From: Klebsiella phage fENko-Kae01
Sequence record: OR228459.1
Direction: 5' to 3' (one strand)
Length of the DNA stretch: 64,000 nt
In this document: one piece after another, positions 21,708-31,704 of the stretch
How positions within the stretch are numbered: the stretch's first letter is position 1
Layout: each line of letters starts with the position of its first letter
Program-made: the position numbers and the translations under genes
Notes under the pieces: model-generated
Databases searched by the model: none
Seen by the model: only the letters and a program-made list of their open reading frames with translations
What the model was told of the DNA's origin: nothing

Positions 21708-23681
21708 ATGGCAAAAGAAAAGAAATCCTCATCCGTGCTTTCTGAACATGACGTTCAGCGACTTAACGATTATCAACATGCTCGCATTCGTACTGAAATG
21801 TACTTAGGTTCACGTTCTGTTCACGAACACCAAGTGGTGCTTTTCAGCGAAGAAGGCTATAACGTCCAGAACCTAGAATGGGTTCCAGCACTTGTTACAG
21901 CATTTCGTGAGATTATTGATAACTCTTTAGATGAGTTCAAAAAGGCTGGTACAAAAGATCCAGTACTTAAAATTCAATACAATGAAGAAGACCTATCATT
22001 TGAAATCAGTGATAATGGTCGTGGGATTCCAATTGACTATGTACCAGAGTTTGATGTACATCTATGTACAATGGTACTAACCGAGACTAAAACAGGTCGT
22101 AACTTCGATGACTCAAAACGCGAAGGTACTATCGGTCAAAACGGTCTAGGGGGTTCAATTACGATGTGTGTGAGTTCTAAAGCAGAAATCGAAATCCATC
22201 GTAAAGGTCGCCCATACAAAACTGTTTCATCCAATGACGGTTATGATGGCGTATATAAGTTCACCCAGAAGTTCAAAGAAGGTACTCTACTATTCCCTGA
22301 ACTAGATATTCAAGAACCTACTATTCGCAAAGTACAAGCAGATAAAACAGGTACTTCTATTAGCTTTACGCTAAGTCCTGAAGTATTCAAGAATCGTAAA
22401 CTTCCTATGGAACTTGTTTACAGTATTCTAAAAGAAATTGCTTCTGCTAACCCATCATATAAAATCATTCTTAATGGTAAGAAGATTGCCACTAAGACTA
22501 GCCCAGAGAAAACACTCTTTGGTGTAAACAAAATGATGAATCTACATGTCGTAGATGAAAGCATTGGCTTTGACAGTACTTTCTACATTGTTCCAAATGC
22601 TGTTACTGGTATGAATACAAACTTCCATATGCAAGGTATTGTAAATAATGCTCCAGCATTTGATGGTGGTACTCACCTCGAAACGTTCAAGAAACATTTT
22701 GCACTAGGTGTAAGTACTGCACTAGAAAAAGAATCTAAAAAGCGTAAGATGAATCCTAACCGGGCAGATATCGAAGAAGGTTTGATGATTTATAATGTGA
22801 CAACAATGAATGCTCCTTCATTCAACTCACAAATTAAATCCAAACTAACGAACGAAAACGTAGTACGTCCAGTACAGAAAGCGATGACACCAGAGTTCTT
22901 TGAAGAACTAGTTAAGAAGAATCGTGATTGGGTGGAAGAGATTTTCGAACGTACCGCTGCTCGTACAAACAAAAAAGACGCAGAAGAAGATCGTCGTTTA
23001 GCCAAGAAACTACTAAAGGCTAAAGTTGCAAAACTTCTCGATGCTACTGGTACTGATCGCAGTTCCTGTATCCTTCTAATTGCAGAAGGTGATTCCGCAG
23101 TAAGTAACATGTCTGCTGCTCGTGATTCAAAAGTACATGGCATTCTACCGTTACGTGGTAAAATTAAAAACGTAAACGGTACTGAGAAAACTAAAGACCT
23201 AATGGACAGTGATGCACTAAAAGATATTATGGCTTCACTAAACCTTGTACCCGGACAGAAAGCAATACGTTCAGAATTGAACTACGGTAAACTTTATATC
23301 TGTGCCGACGAAGATGAGGATGGTAAAAACATTGGTGCATTAGTTTGTAACTTCCTATTTAAATTCTGGCCTGAACTATTCGAAGATCCAGAAAATCCAT
23401 TTGTTTATATCTTTAAAACTCCATTTATTATTTTGGAGAAAGGTAAAGAAAGTCGTTATTACTATGGTCACAACGTAGATGAATACGTACCAGAAGAATG
23501 GAAAGGATGGAAAGCAACACGTGCTAAAGGTTTGGGTACTCTAGAAAAGAGTAACTTCCGTGATGCTTTAACTAACGGCGTAGCAATCGCGATTATTGAC
23601 GATGGCAATCTAGGTACAACCCTAGACCTAATCTTTAACAAAGAACGTGCTGATGACCGTAAAGAATGGATGAAAGACTAA
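21708..23681 (+). CDS. 39: type II DNA topoisomerase large subunit (GyrB-like ATPase + Toprim), T4 gp39-like
   Basis: GHKL ATPase motif EIIDNSLDE, G-rich ATP lid (GQNGLGGS), Toprim LLIAEGDSA and DEDGKNIG. Confidence 0.88.
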   Translation: MAKEKKSSSVLSEHDVQRLNDYQHARIRTEMYLGSRSVHEHQVVLFSEEGYNVQNLEWVPALVTAFREIIDNSLDEFKKAGTKDPVLKIQYNEEDLSFEISDNGRGIPIDYVPEFDVHLCTMVLTETKTGRNFDDSKREGTIGQNGLGGSITMCVSSKAEIEIHRKGRPYKTVSSNDGYDGVYKFTQKFKEGTLLFPELDIQEPTIRKVQADKTGTSISFTLSPEVFKNRKLPMELVYSILKEIASANPSYKIILNGKKIATKTSPEKTLFGVNKMMNLHVVDESIGFDSTFYIVPNAVTGMNTNFHMQGIVNNAPAFDGGTHLETFKKHFALGVSTALEKESKKRKMNPNRADIEEGLMIYNVTTMNAPSFNSQIKSKLTNENVVRPVQKAMTPEFFEELVKKNRDWVEEIFERTAARTNKKDAEEDRRLAKKLLKAKVAKLLDATGTDRSSCILLIAEGDSAVSNMSAARDSKVHGILPLRGKIKNVNGTEKTKDLMDSDALKDIMASLNLVPGQKAIRSELNYGKLYICADEDEDGKNIGALVCNFLFKFWPELFEDPENPFVYIFKTPFIILEKGKESRYYYGHNVDEYVPEEWKGWKATRAKGLGTLEKSNFRDALTNGVAIAIIDDGNLGTTLDLIFNKERADDRKEWMKD

Positions 23682-23733
23682 GATAAGAAAAGGGGTACTT
23701 GGATGTACCCCGAAATAACAAAGAGGCAAAGGA

Positions 23734-25152
23734 ATGGCTAAATCTACAAAGAAACAATCGTCTAATGCAATTGAAAATGCAACACTAACACTACTAAAAT
23801 ATAATAGTTCTGACTACATCAACCAATCGTCATTGGAATATGCTGTCAGTACTCTTGATCGGGGTATTCCCGGAATTGATGGCTTGAAAAGCTCTCAACG
23901 TAAAGCGATTTTTACGCTCAGTAAAATCTCAGGTGAGATTAAAACCGTATCAGCAGCAGGTCGCATGATTAGTGACGGTATCTACCTTCACGGTGATGCA
24001 TCAGCATCCGGTACGCTACAAAACCTCGCAAGTCCCGTAGCAAACAACTATCCACTAATCGGCAAACGTGGTGGTTTCGGTACACAAGTCAATACCACTC
24101 CAGCTAGTGCTCGTTACACTTACGTTAAACGTACCGCAGTAACTGAAGCGTTGGTTTTACGTGATATGGATATTGTACCAATGCAGGAAAACTACGATGG
24201 TACAACAATGGAACCAACTCACTTCCTACCAATTATACCATTATCTTTATTCGGAAACGATAGTATGTCGGTTGGTTATAAGAGTTTGATTCTACCTTAC
24301 AAGATTGAAGAAATTATTGATAACTGCATTCGTGTTATCAATAAGAAAGAACTAAAAGAAATGACTCCATGCTTTACCTACCTAGGTGCAAGCGACGTAG
24401 TTGGAAAACTCGATGAGAATAAGTATGAGTTTTATGGACGTGCAGAAGTAATTGATGCAAGTACTGTAAAAATTCTAGGTCTACCACCTCGTGTAAAAAT
24501 CGAAGCATTCATTGAAAAACTCATCGCAATGCAAGACAGTGGTGAGATTCGTGACTACGATAATGACAGTACTGATACTATCGACATTACAATTAAACTA
24601 CCACGTGGTACATGTGCCAAGTGGACGGAAAAGGATGTTATAAAGTACTTTGGACTTTCTAGTAAGCTAACACAATCTCTAGTTGTGTTAGGAGAAAACG
24701 GTTTAGTTAAAGTGTATAGTAGTACATCTGACTTAATTCGTGATTTCGTAAACTTCCGTTTCAAATATTACGTGAAGCGTTATGAGAATCTATTAGCGAA
24801 AGCAGAAGCAGAAGTACGTTATAAAGCACTAGTAGCTAAATGTTTTGAGAACGAAATGGTTACGAAGATTAAAGATTTTCAAAACCGCCAAGAACTAGTT
24901 GAGTTTGTTACATCATTAAATGATGACATTGGTGCAACCGATGAGAATATTCAAAACATCGTAAACTACGCATCATATCGTTGGACACAAGAGAACTATG
25001 ATAAGACACTAGAAGAAATTCAAGCAGCTTTAGCCTTGATGAGTCAATATCAAGAACTACTTGATGACAAAGAACAAATTTGGCAAATTTATGCATCCGA
25101 ACTTCGTGAACTACGTAAGATGGATTGCACACCAAAAGCTGAAAAAGACTAA
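23734..25152 (+). CDS. 52: type II DNA topoisomerase medium subunit (GyrA-like breakage-reunion), T4 gp52-like
   Basis: active-site region PASARYTYVKR (AxRYTE-like catalytic Tyr), placed next to the gp39-like gene. Confidence 0.8.
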   Translation: MAKSTKKQSSNAIENATLTLLKYNSSDYINQSSLEYAVSTLDRGIPGIDGLKSSQRKAIFTLSKISGEIKTVSAAGRMISDGIYLHGDASASGTLQNLASPVANNYPLIGKRGGFGTQVNTTPASARYTYVKRTAVTEALVLRDMDIVPMQENYDGTTMEPTHFLPIIPLSLFGNDSMSVGYKSLILPYKIEEIIDNCIRVINKKELKEMTPCFTYLGASDVVGKLDENKYEFYGRAEVIDASTVKILGLPPRVKIEAFIEKLIAMQDSGEIRDYDNDSTDTIDITIKLPRGTCAKWTEKDVIKYFGLSSKLTQSLVVLGENGLVKVYSSTSDLIRDFVNFRFKYYVKRYENLLAKAEAEVRYKALVAKCFENEMVTKIKDFQNRQELVEFVTSLNDDIGATDENIQNIVNYASYRWTQENYDKTLEEIQAALALMSQYQELLDDKEQIWQIYASELRELRKMDCTPKAEKD

Positions 25153-25157
25153 TTATT

Positions 25158-25185
25158 AAAGGATGCCTAGTGCATCCTTTACTAT
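25158..25185 (+). terminator. probable intrinsic terminator
   Basis: AAAGGATGC-CTAGT-GCATCCTTT hairpin, interrupted T-tract. Confidence 0.45.
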
Positions 25186-25225
25186 TATAAATACGTTAGC
25201 TTTTAAATATTTTGGAGAATTAAAT

Positions 25226-27610
25226 ATGGCAAATTTTCAGCCTCGCTGGGACTTGAAAGCTGATACAACTGTGATTTCGGAAGGTGAGCAAACTTATGTT
25301 CGCATTCAATTAAGAAAAAATGATGACGGTACTAGCCTTGAGTATAAATTAAAAGATGAACAGTACTTAGAATTAACCTATACTATTTCTGGAAGCGGAG
25401 AAACATTAGACGAACGTGATTTTGAACTTTATGTTGGTGAAGATATAAGTAAGCTAGTTAATATTAAAGATGGTACAACGGGCATTAGAACAATCTTTGG
25501 TCAGCATGTAGTTAAATTGTCTAAAAAACAATTCAATCTTGCTAGTAATACTCAAATAATTGATGTATACTATATGAAGTTAGTTTGTGTTGATGACGGT
25601 ATTTGGGATGGCCCTGAAAAACTTCAATTCACATTAAACACAATGGATGAGGTAACATTAACAGATGACCAAATTTCAAACCAAGAATCAGCAGGTACTA
25701 TTGGTAATAATCGAGTTGAAATAAATTATAATGACAGTAATGAAATATGGGTTACACCAAGTGTGATTGCACGTGGAGAAAAGTACACGATTGGTGCGTT
25801 AGGATATGGTTCAGATAGTCGTTTATTCGTTGATTCATTTGGACGTACTCGTATTTTTGATGATGAAATTGATATCAATGAATATCCCAATGATAGCTCG
25901 AATCGAGTATTTTATCCTACATATAAAATTGAAAGAATTTCAATGAATAGTATACCTACTGAACATATAACAGGTAGCGGTACTATTTTAGTTCCACAAA
26001 CTTCAGATTTAATTGAAGAAACTGACATTGTTATTATGGATACATTGGGTAATTTTGTGAGTACTGGATTGAAGTTTAATGCAAATGGTCAAATATTACA
26101 AACTATGATATATGAATCAGACCCAATTGATGCTTATTTCAGGGCGACGATTGTACCATTAACTTCCTACTATAAATCACCATCTGATGCATTTTATGTT
26201 GGTAAAAGATTCAAAGCATATCAAATGTGGGTTTGTCCAGATGATCACACATACATTAAGGGTAATGTACAACCGGGACATTTGTACCAATTAAAAGATA
26301 ACGTTATCTATCCGTATGTTATTAAATCAGAATATATCAATGGTGTAGAATATGCATTATTCGAAGAAGAAATGTGGAATGATTTAGGTGTATATTCGGT
26401 TAAACTTGGTGGTGATATTATTAATCAAACACGCCTATTCCGTATATTAGTAAATGCTAGTACAGGTGGTGGTATCGATTTTGAAACTGATGCCAACTTA
26501 GGTAGAATTCATGTTGGTGAGTACTTTGGTCATACAGTTTATCCTGTCATCAAAGCAAGTGGTACTTTTGTTACCTACCGAGTAGACTATGATTCATCGC
26601 CTGATGACATTAGAAAGTACGGTATTGATTTAACGGCTGATGGATTTATGGTCGGTACTGCATATGCTAGAAGTAATGATTTCTCAGCTAACGATGATAT
26701 TAAACTTGAATTTGATGTTATAGCAAACGAAAAGAGTGGTACAACTGTTACTAAACGATTCAACATTACAATTATTCGTGGTTTTGGACAGAACTTTCTA
26801 ACTGCACACATTGCACCAAGTAAGACTTTCGAACGTGCATGGTTTGCTAGCATTGCAACATCAAACTATTATTTAAACAAAACTTACTACCGGGAAAGTG
26901 ATGATAGATATGGAATACAAAAGATTCCACGTCTGCTATTGAAAGAAAACTTTGTCTCCCAGAACTTTAATTTTGTTTCCATTAAAGAAACTAAAAAGTT
27001 GTTATCAAAGACTATTGTTGACCCAGATTTTGGTGCTCCAGTACCGAATGGTGTCTTCTCATTAGTAATGGGTAATTATAAGATAACATCTGCACTTGAC
27101 AATCTCGGAAATGTGGTGTATGATTTACTCTACCGTGAACTTCATCCATCAGGTACACGTGTTGATGTGAGCATGAATCCTCATGTTTATACGACAACGA
27201 ACAATGATGTGTTTGCTGAAATATTTGGTTTGCGTCAGAATGTATTCAAGGCGGTTGGGGAAGATGTAACAAACCTATACACTGACCCTGATGACTTCCG
27301 TGATCGTGCATTGGTAGTTCCTCCAATAGCTGGATTATCAGATGAAATGACTGATACAGTCCCACGTTTCATGAATCACCCGTATGAAGAATATGGTTTA
27401 AAACCACAATTCATGCCTATACTACCTGTTGCGTATTTCAAACCCGGTCAAGCAGAAGCATTCTTTACTAAACTTGTGCAAAGTAATGAGCACAGTACTT
27501 TAGTAAATACCGAGTTCGAAGTACATGGTGTGGAATTTACTTTCCACACTTCTGAATATGAATTATATGTGAAAGATAAATTTATTATTCCATTAGTAGG
27601 TAAGCAATAA
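25226..27610 (+). CDS. large hypothetical protein (795 aa from the preferred start)
   Basis: ORF-track start 25163 lies inside the terminator; ATG 25226 has TTGGAGAA RBS; no recognisable motif. Confidence 0.5.
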   Translation: MANFQPRWDLKADTTVISEGEQTYVRIQLRKNDDGTSLEYKLKDEQYLELTYTISGSGETLDERDFELYVGEDISKLVNIKDGTTGIRTIFGQHVVKLSKKQFNLASNTQIIDVYYMKLVCVDDGIWDGPEKLQFTLNTMDEVTLTDDQISNQESAGTIGNNRVEINYNDSNEIWVTPSVIARGEKYTIGALGYGSDSRLFVDSFGRTRIFDDEIDINEYPNDSSNRVFYPTYKIERISMNSIPTEHITGSGTILVPQTSDLIEETDIVIMDTLGNFVSTGLKFNANGQILQTMIYESDPIDAYFRATIVPLTSYYKSPSDAFYVGKRFKAYQMWVCPDDHTYIKGNVQPGHLYQLKDNVIYPYVIKSEYINGVEYALFEEEMWNDLGVYSVKLGGDIINQTRLFRILVNASTGGGIDFETDANLGRIHVGEYFGHTVYPVIKASGTFVTYRVDYDSSPDDIRKYGIDLTADGFMVGTAYARSNDFSANDDIKLEFDVIANEKSGTTVTKRFNITIIRGFGQNFLTAHIAPSKTFERAWFASIATSNYYLNKTYYRESDDRYGIQKIPRLLLKENFVSQNFNFVSIKETKKLLSKTIVDPDFGAPVPNGVFSLVMGNYKITSALDNLGNVVYDLLYRELHPSGTRVDVSMNPHVYTTTNNDVFAEIFGLRQNVFKAVGEDVTNLYTDPDDFRDRALVVPPIAGLSDEMTDTVPRFMNHPYEEYGLKPQFMPILPVAYFKPGQAEAFFTKLVQSNEHSTLVNTEFEVHGVEFTFHTSEYELYVKDKFIIPLVGKQ

Positions 27611-27619
27611 GGAGATTGT

Positions 27620-27928
27620 ATGTTTGATCCATTTTTTGACCCATCGGGTATGACTGATAAGGAATTACAACAAAAAATCTTTGATATGAGTAATCGTATA
27701 ACACAAGCACGTAATGCTGGAATGCCATCAGACATGATAGTACGTATGTACCTTGTTATTGATGCATGTGATGAAGAAATGTTATTTCGTGCATCTAGAA
27801 AGGAATACGAACAACTCGAAGATGAAGATACATGTGTATTCGATACCGAGTCTTACTTGAATAAAGAAGAGGATAAGAATAAAAAACATGAAAGTCCAAG
27901 GAAACAGATATATAAATCAGGATGGTGA
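27620..27928 (+). CDS. hypothetical protein
   Basis: 102 aa; GGAG RBS. Confidence 0.4.
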   Translation: MFDPFFDPSGMTDKELQQKIFDMSNRITQARNAGMPSDMIVRMYLVIDACDEEMLFRASRKEYEQLEDEDTCVFDTESYLNKEEDKNKKHESPRKQIYKSGW

Positions 27929-28406
27929 GGTATACTGCAATTTAAATGCAGTAGTCTACGCTATGAATTGTGGTTCAGATTTGCAATATCTCAAATTAAT
28001 GGAGATGGATGAATTTGAACGTGAAAAATTCAATGATAACTGTAAGAAGTTTGGATTAGAATATCGTATGCTCGATTACACAATCGAGCACGATAAGAAT
28101 CATGAGCTATGGCGATATGACCCAGCTTATGATAATATAAATTTAGAAGAGTACTTTCTAAACTTGTGTGAAACTGATGCACAAAAGCAGAGAGTACTGG
28201 AAGAACTTAGCTTATATGAACAATACAACATGACTAAGCTACTACGCTGCATGATGTGGTTAGTTGATTACCTTGAAGAACATAATATCTTTTGGGGTTT
28301 AGGTCGTGGTAGTTCAGTGAGTAGTTATTGCTTATTTTTACTAGGATTGCATTTGGTTGACAGTCTTAAATATGAGCTTGATGTAAATGAGTTCTTGAAA
28401 TGGTAA
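27888..28406 (+). CDS. hypothetical protein with DnaE-palm-like GRGS motif
   Basis: 172 aa; WGLGRGSSVSSYCLFLLGLHLVD resembles the G(P)GRGSAAGSLVAYALGIT segment of Pol III alpha/PolC; isolated short match. Confidence 0.35.
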   Translation: MKVQGNRYINQDGEVYCNLNAVVYAMNCGSDLQYLKLMEMDEFEREKFNDNCKKFGLEYRMLDYTIEHDKNHELWRYDPAYDNINLEEYFLNLCETDAQKQRVLEELSLYEQYNMTKLLRCMMWLVDYLEEHNIFWGLGRGSSVSSYCLFLLGLHLVDSLKYELDVNEFLKW

Positions 28407-28436
28407 ACTAACTGTGCTAATATAAGGATATATTTT

Positions 28437-28829
28437 ATGGCAAAACACACCTCTTATCGTGGTCAGACCATTGATATGGATATGATGAAATATCAAAATC
28501 AGACTGCGACTGCTCTTGGCAATGCAAACATGAATGCACGTGGTGATAAAATCGGTCAAGGTGGCACTGTCATCAAGACTCGTGAAGAACTACTTGCTGA
28601 ACGTGAACGTCAAATGCAACTACCAGATTTCATTCCAGAACATACTAGCCACTCAGTAGCAGTACAAACTGCTGATGAAGGATTTGATGATTCTATGTTC
28701 GAACTACCAGAACAAGAACCGGTAGCTGCACCTGTACAGCCTGTACAGGAAGCTAAAGAAGAACCAGCTAAAGAAGCAGTGGAGAAAGTTTCCCCACGCA
28801 GAGTACGTACTAAGAAAGACGGAGAGTAA
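28437..28829 (+). CDS. hypothetical protein
   Basis: 130 aa. Confidence 0.45.
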   Translation: MAKHTSYRGQTIDMDMMKYQNQTATALGNANMNARGDKIGQGGTVIKTREELLAERERQMQLPDFIPEHTSHSVAVQTADEGFDDSMFELPEQEPVAAPVQPVQEAKEEPAKEAVEKVSPRRVRTKKDGE

Positions 28830-28834
28830 TAATC

Positions 28835-29158
28835 ATGGAGTCAAAAGTTATTACAGCTTTTAAAGGTAAAGTTTTAGTTACCAATTTAGACAGTGGTGAA
28901 CAAAAAACTGCTGGTGGTATTATTCTATCAGATGATGATGGTAAACTACGTGGTATCCATAGCCGTTGGGCTAAAGTATATAGCGTTGGTGAAGATATCA
29001 CTGATATTAAAGAAGGTGAATGGATTCTAGTTGAACATGGTCGTTGGTCACGTACCATTACAGTAGATGGTATTCAAATGAACCTAGTAGATTATCCAAA
29101 AGGTGTACTATGTTCATCCCCAGAACGTCCAGAAGGTTATGTTGGACTAGGAAAATAA
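28835..29158 (+). CDS. 31: GroES-like co-chaperonin (T4 gp31 analogue)
   Basis: 107 aa; KGKVLV...TAGGIILSDD...GEDI...GEWILV follows the Cpn10 pattern. Confidence 0.6.
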   Translation: MESKVITAFKGKVLVTNLDSGEQKTAGGIILSDDDGKLRGIHSRWAKVYSVGEDITDIKEGEWILVEHGRWSRTITVDGIQMNLVDYPKGVLCSSPERPEGYVGLGK

Positions 29159-29165
29159 TTCAAAT

Positions 29166-29192
29166 GCCCGAAGTTTTTCGGGCTTTATTTTT
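29166..29192 (+). terminator. intrinsic terminator
   Basis: GCCCGAA-GTTT-TTCGGGC then TTTATTTTT. Confidence 0.65.
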
Positions 29193-29203
29193 GAAGGTAC
29201 TTT

Positions 29204-29479
29204 ATGATCACAGAAGACGGTAAAGTAGATTTTAATTTTGTTAAGTTAGAATCGAAAAACGGTAAGTTCTATTTTGAACATCCAAAAAATAAAAAATTAG
29301 TTTATGAAGTTAATCACGATCAATTCCGAACGTTATTCGTGAAAATGGCACAAGATAATGCTCGTGGTATTGAGTTACCAAATCGTTCTAATTCTTTTGA
29401 GTACTTAATGAGTCAATTAGAAATGAACGAAGATCTATTTCAAGCAATGTTATACCCAAATGAAGATTGGACAATTTAG
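29204..29479 (+). CDS. hypothetical protein
   Basis: 91 aa. Confidence 0.4.
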   Translation: MITEDGKVDFNFVKLESKNGKFYFEHPKNKKLVYEVNHDQFRTLFVKMAQDNARGIELPNRSNSFEYLMSQLEMNEDLFQAMLYPNEDWTI

Positions 29480-29488
29480 GAGTTAATT

Positions 29489-30445
29489 ATGAGTAATGCA
29501 CTATGGACAGAAAAGTATCGCCCACAAGATATGGAAAACTACGTATTCAAAAACCCAGCTTTTAAAGAAAAGATGGATGAATGGATTCGTACTGGTGATA
29601 TTCCACACATTGGCTTTTTTGGGCCAGCAGGTACAGGTAAAACATCTGCAATCGGTGTTCTAATTAACGGCCTAGAAAAGAATGGTCACATTGATCGTTT
29701 TGACGTTATGGTACTTAACATGTCCGATGAAGGTATCGACGCAGTTCGTGAAAAGATTGACCAAGCAGCACGTCTAGCACCTAATGGTAAGTACCGCATC
29801 TTTGTACTAGAAGAAATGGAACAGATGCACCAAAAAGCACAAGGTTCCCTAAAACGTACAATGGAAGACTATGCCGAAAATGCTCGTTTCATTCTAACAT
29901 CAAACGAACCTCACAAGATTCTAAAACCAATCCTATCGCGTGTTCAAACTATCATGATTGAGAAGCACGACCGCGAGGCGTATATGACTCGTGTAATCAA
30001 TATTCTACTAGCTGAAAACGTAGACTTGAGTACTGATGAATCTATCGAACTTGTTGAAAAATACATCAATGCAACCTATCCTGATTTCCGTAAAACACTA
30101 AACACGTTGCAAAGCAGTATCGTTGATGGTAAACTACTAAAACTTGAGGATAGCATTGATAGCACAGCGAACTACCGTTCACTCATCATTGATGCACTAA
30201 AGAACAACAACATTCGTGAGATGCGTGAACTCATTGTTCAAAACATTCCAGAAGATGAAATGGATGGGTTCTTTACATATCTTTCACAGAATGTTAAAAT
30301 GTTCTCAGATGACGAAATCACTCGTATGAAGATTATCGTTAAAATTCGTGATGCAATGGTGAAACAAGCGTCTGTATCAGACCGTGAACTCAACCTAAGT
30401 GCATTGCTATGTGAAATCGACCTAATCTGCACAGGAAACTGGTAA
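29489..30445 (+). CDS. 44: sliding-clamp loader large subunit (AAA+, T4 gp44/RFC-like)
   Basis: EKYRP N-terminal box, Walker A GPAGTGKTS, DEAD-like LEEMEQ, SRC motif (LSRVQTI). Confidence 0.82.
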   Translation: MSNALWTEKYRPQDMENYVFKNPAFKEKMDEWIRTGDIPHIGFFGPAGTGKTSAIGVLINGLEKNGHIDRFDVMVLNMSDEGIDAVREKIDQAARLAPNGKYRIFVLEEMEQMHQKAQGSLKRTMEDYAENARFILTSNEPHKILKPILSRVQTIMIEKHDREAYMTRVINILLAENVDLSTDESIELVEKYINATYPDFRKTLNTLQSSIVDGKLLKLEDSIDSTANYRSLIIDALKNNNIREMRELIVQNIPEDEMDGFFTYLSQNVKMFSDDEITRMKIIVKIRDAMVKQASVSDRELNLSALLCEIDLICTGNW

Positions 30446-31065
30446 TGACTAAACAAAAAGTTGTCGTATTTGATTGTGATGAAATTTTACTAGACCACTT
30501 AGGTGGTCTTCGTGAATATGTTAAAGACCACTTTGATATTGTCACAAAAACGGAATACCCTACTGAATATTGCCTAGAAGAATGGCTAGGACTTGACGCC
30601 GTACAAGTACAAGAAGTAATCAAACAATTCAATCAGACAGCTTATGAGTTTGGATTGCTAAAACCTCTAGAGGGTGCACAATCCCTTCTTTGTGCATTGC
30701 GTCATACATACCCAGATGTAGTATTCGCAGTACTAACAAAGTCTGGTACATTCGGTCATGGTGAAGTACTTCGCCATGTTAATATTCATAATGTATACCC
30801 TAATATCTTCGATGAGATTCACATTGTAGAAATGTATGAATCAAAACGTGGTGTTCTATCTAAACTCAAACAACAATATGATGTTGTATGTTTAGTAGAC
30901 GATTACATTATGAATATCGAAACAGCATTGGCATTGGAAATTCCCGGTATCATGTTGAAACGCCCACACAATGAAAAGTACAAAGTTCGTACAGATTTCA
31001 CTTTTGTTGAAAATTGGGCTGGAATTATACATAGTGTAATTACTTTGATGAATAAAGGGGAGTAA
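30445..31065 (+). CDS. putative HAD-superfamily 5'(3')-deoxyribonucleotidase-like hydrolase
   Basis: N-terminal VVVFDCDEILLDH resembles HAD motif I (DxDxT/V). Confidence 0.35.
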   Translation: MTKQKVVVFDCDEILLDHLGGLREYVKDHFDIVTKTEYPTEYCLEEWLGLDAVQVQEVIKQFNQTAYEFGLLKPLEGAQSLLCALRHTYPDVVFAVLTKSGTFGHGEVLRHVNIHNVYPNIFDEIHIVEMYESKRGVLSKLKQQYDVVCLVDDYIMNIETALALEIPGIMLKRPHNEKYKVRTDFTFVENWAGIIHSVITLMNKGE

Positions 31066-31084
31066 TCCCCTTTTGTTGTTTTCA
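31055..31084 (+). terminator. intrinsic terminator
   Basis: GGGG-AGTAAT-CCCC then TTTTGTTGTTTT. Confidence 0.55.
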
Positions 31085-31131
31085 TATTCAGTAAATAAGA
31101 ATATAATTATGTAACATAAAGGAACATAAAC

Positions 31132-31704
31132 ATGGAAGAAAATTCAGCTATTCAAAACTTGTATGATCAAGATGGTCTTCTAGATATCCTTATTGGTGTT
31201 GAGAAGTACTTTGACGATATGGACTTGTTTGCTTATAAGAACTGGATTTACGGTGAACTAGTAGAGGGGCCATTCGTTAGTAAGTATTGGGTTGAAGTAA
31301 CTTTCAAATACGACCACGACACATTCCCAGACCCAATGGGTACTAAGGTTCTAGAGCAGCAAGGTACTAAAATTTCTATTAAGCGTGATTTTGAAAATAC
31401 TCCTATTGCTTTCCCACGTAACCGTAATGATATGGAAGTTGTAGGTACACAAAGCGGTTCGGTCTCTTTACCAAAAGATGAACGAATTCCAATTATACTT
31501 TATAAATTTCAAATTCCTCGTCGCATTGTCAATCCAGAAAGTTTTGATGAGTACAAACTACTTGCGAGTACTTTTAATAAAAATGCAGAAATGGATGAAG
31601 GTGAAGAACAACCAGCACCAGATATGAGCATGGAAGATGATCAAGAAGTCCAGCAGATGGATGATCAATTCGGCTTAGACGATGAAAACCAAGGAGGTAT
31701 GTAA
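31132..31704 (+). CDS. hypothetical protein with acidic C-terminus
   Basis: 190 aa; sits where T4 carries clamp-loader small subunit/clamp genes, but no detectable similarity. Confidence 0.45.
   Translation: MEENSAIQNLYDQDGLLDILIGVEKYFDDMDLFAYKNWIYGELVEGPFVSKYWVEVTFKYDHDTFPDPMGTKVLEQQGTKISIKRDFENTPIAFPRNRNDMEVVGTQSGSVSLPKDERIPIILYKFQIPRRIVNPESFDEYKLLASTFNKNAEMDEGEEQPAPDMSMEDDQEVQQMDDQFGLDDENQGGM

Noticed and set aside
22790-23143. 117-aa antisense ORF inside the topoisomerase large-subunit gene
   Set aside because: The topoisomerase ORF is strongly supported by motifs; the antisense ORF has no independent support.
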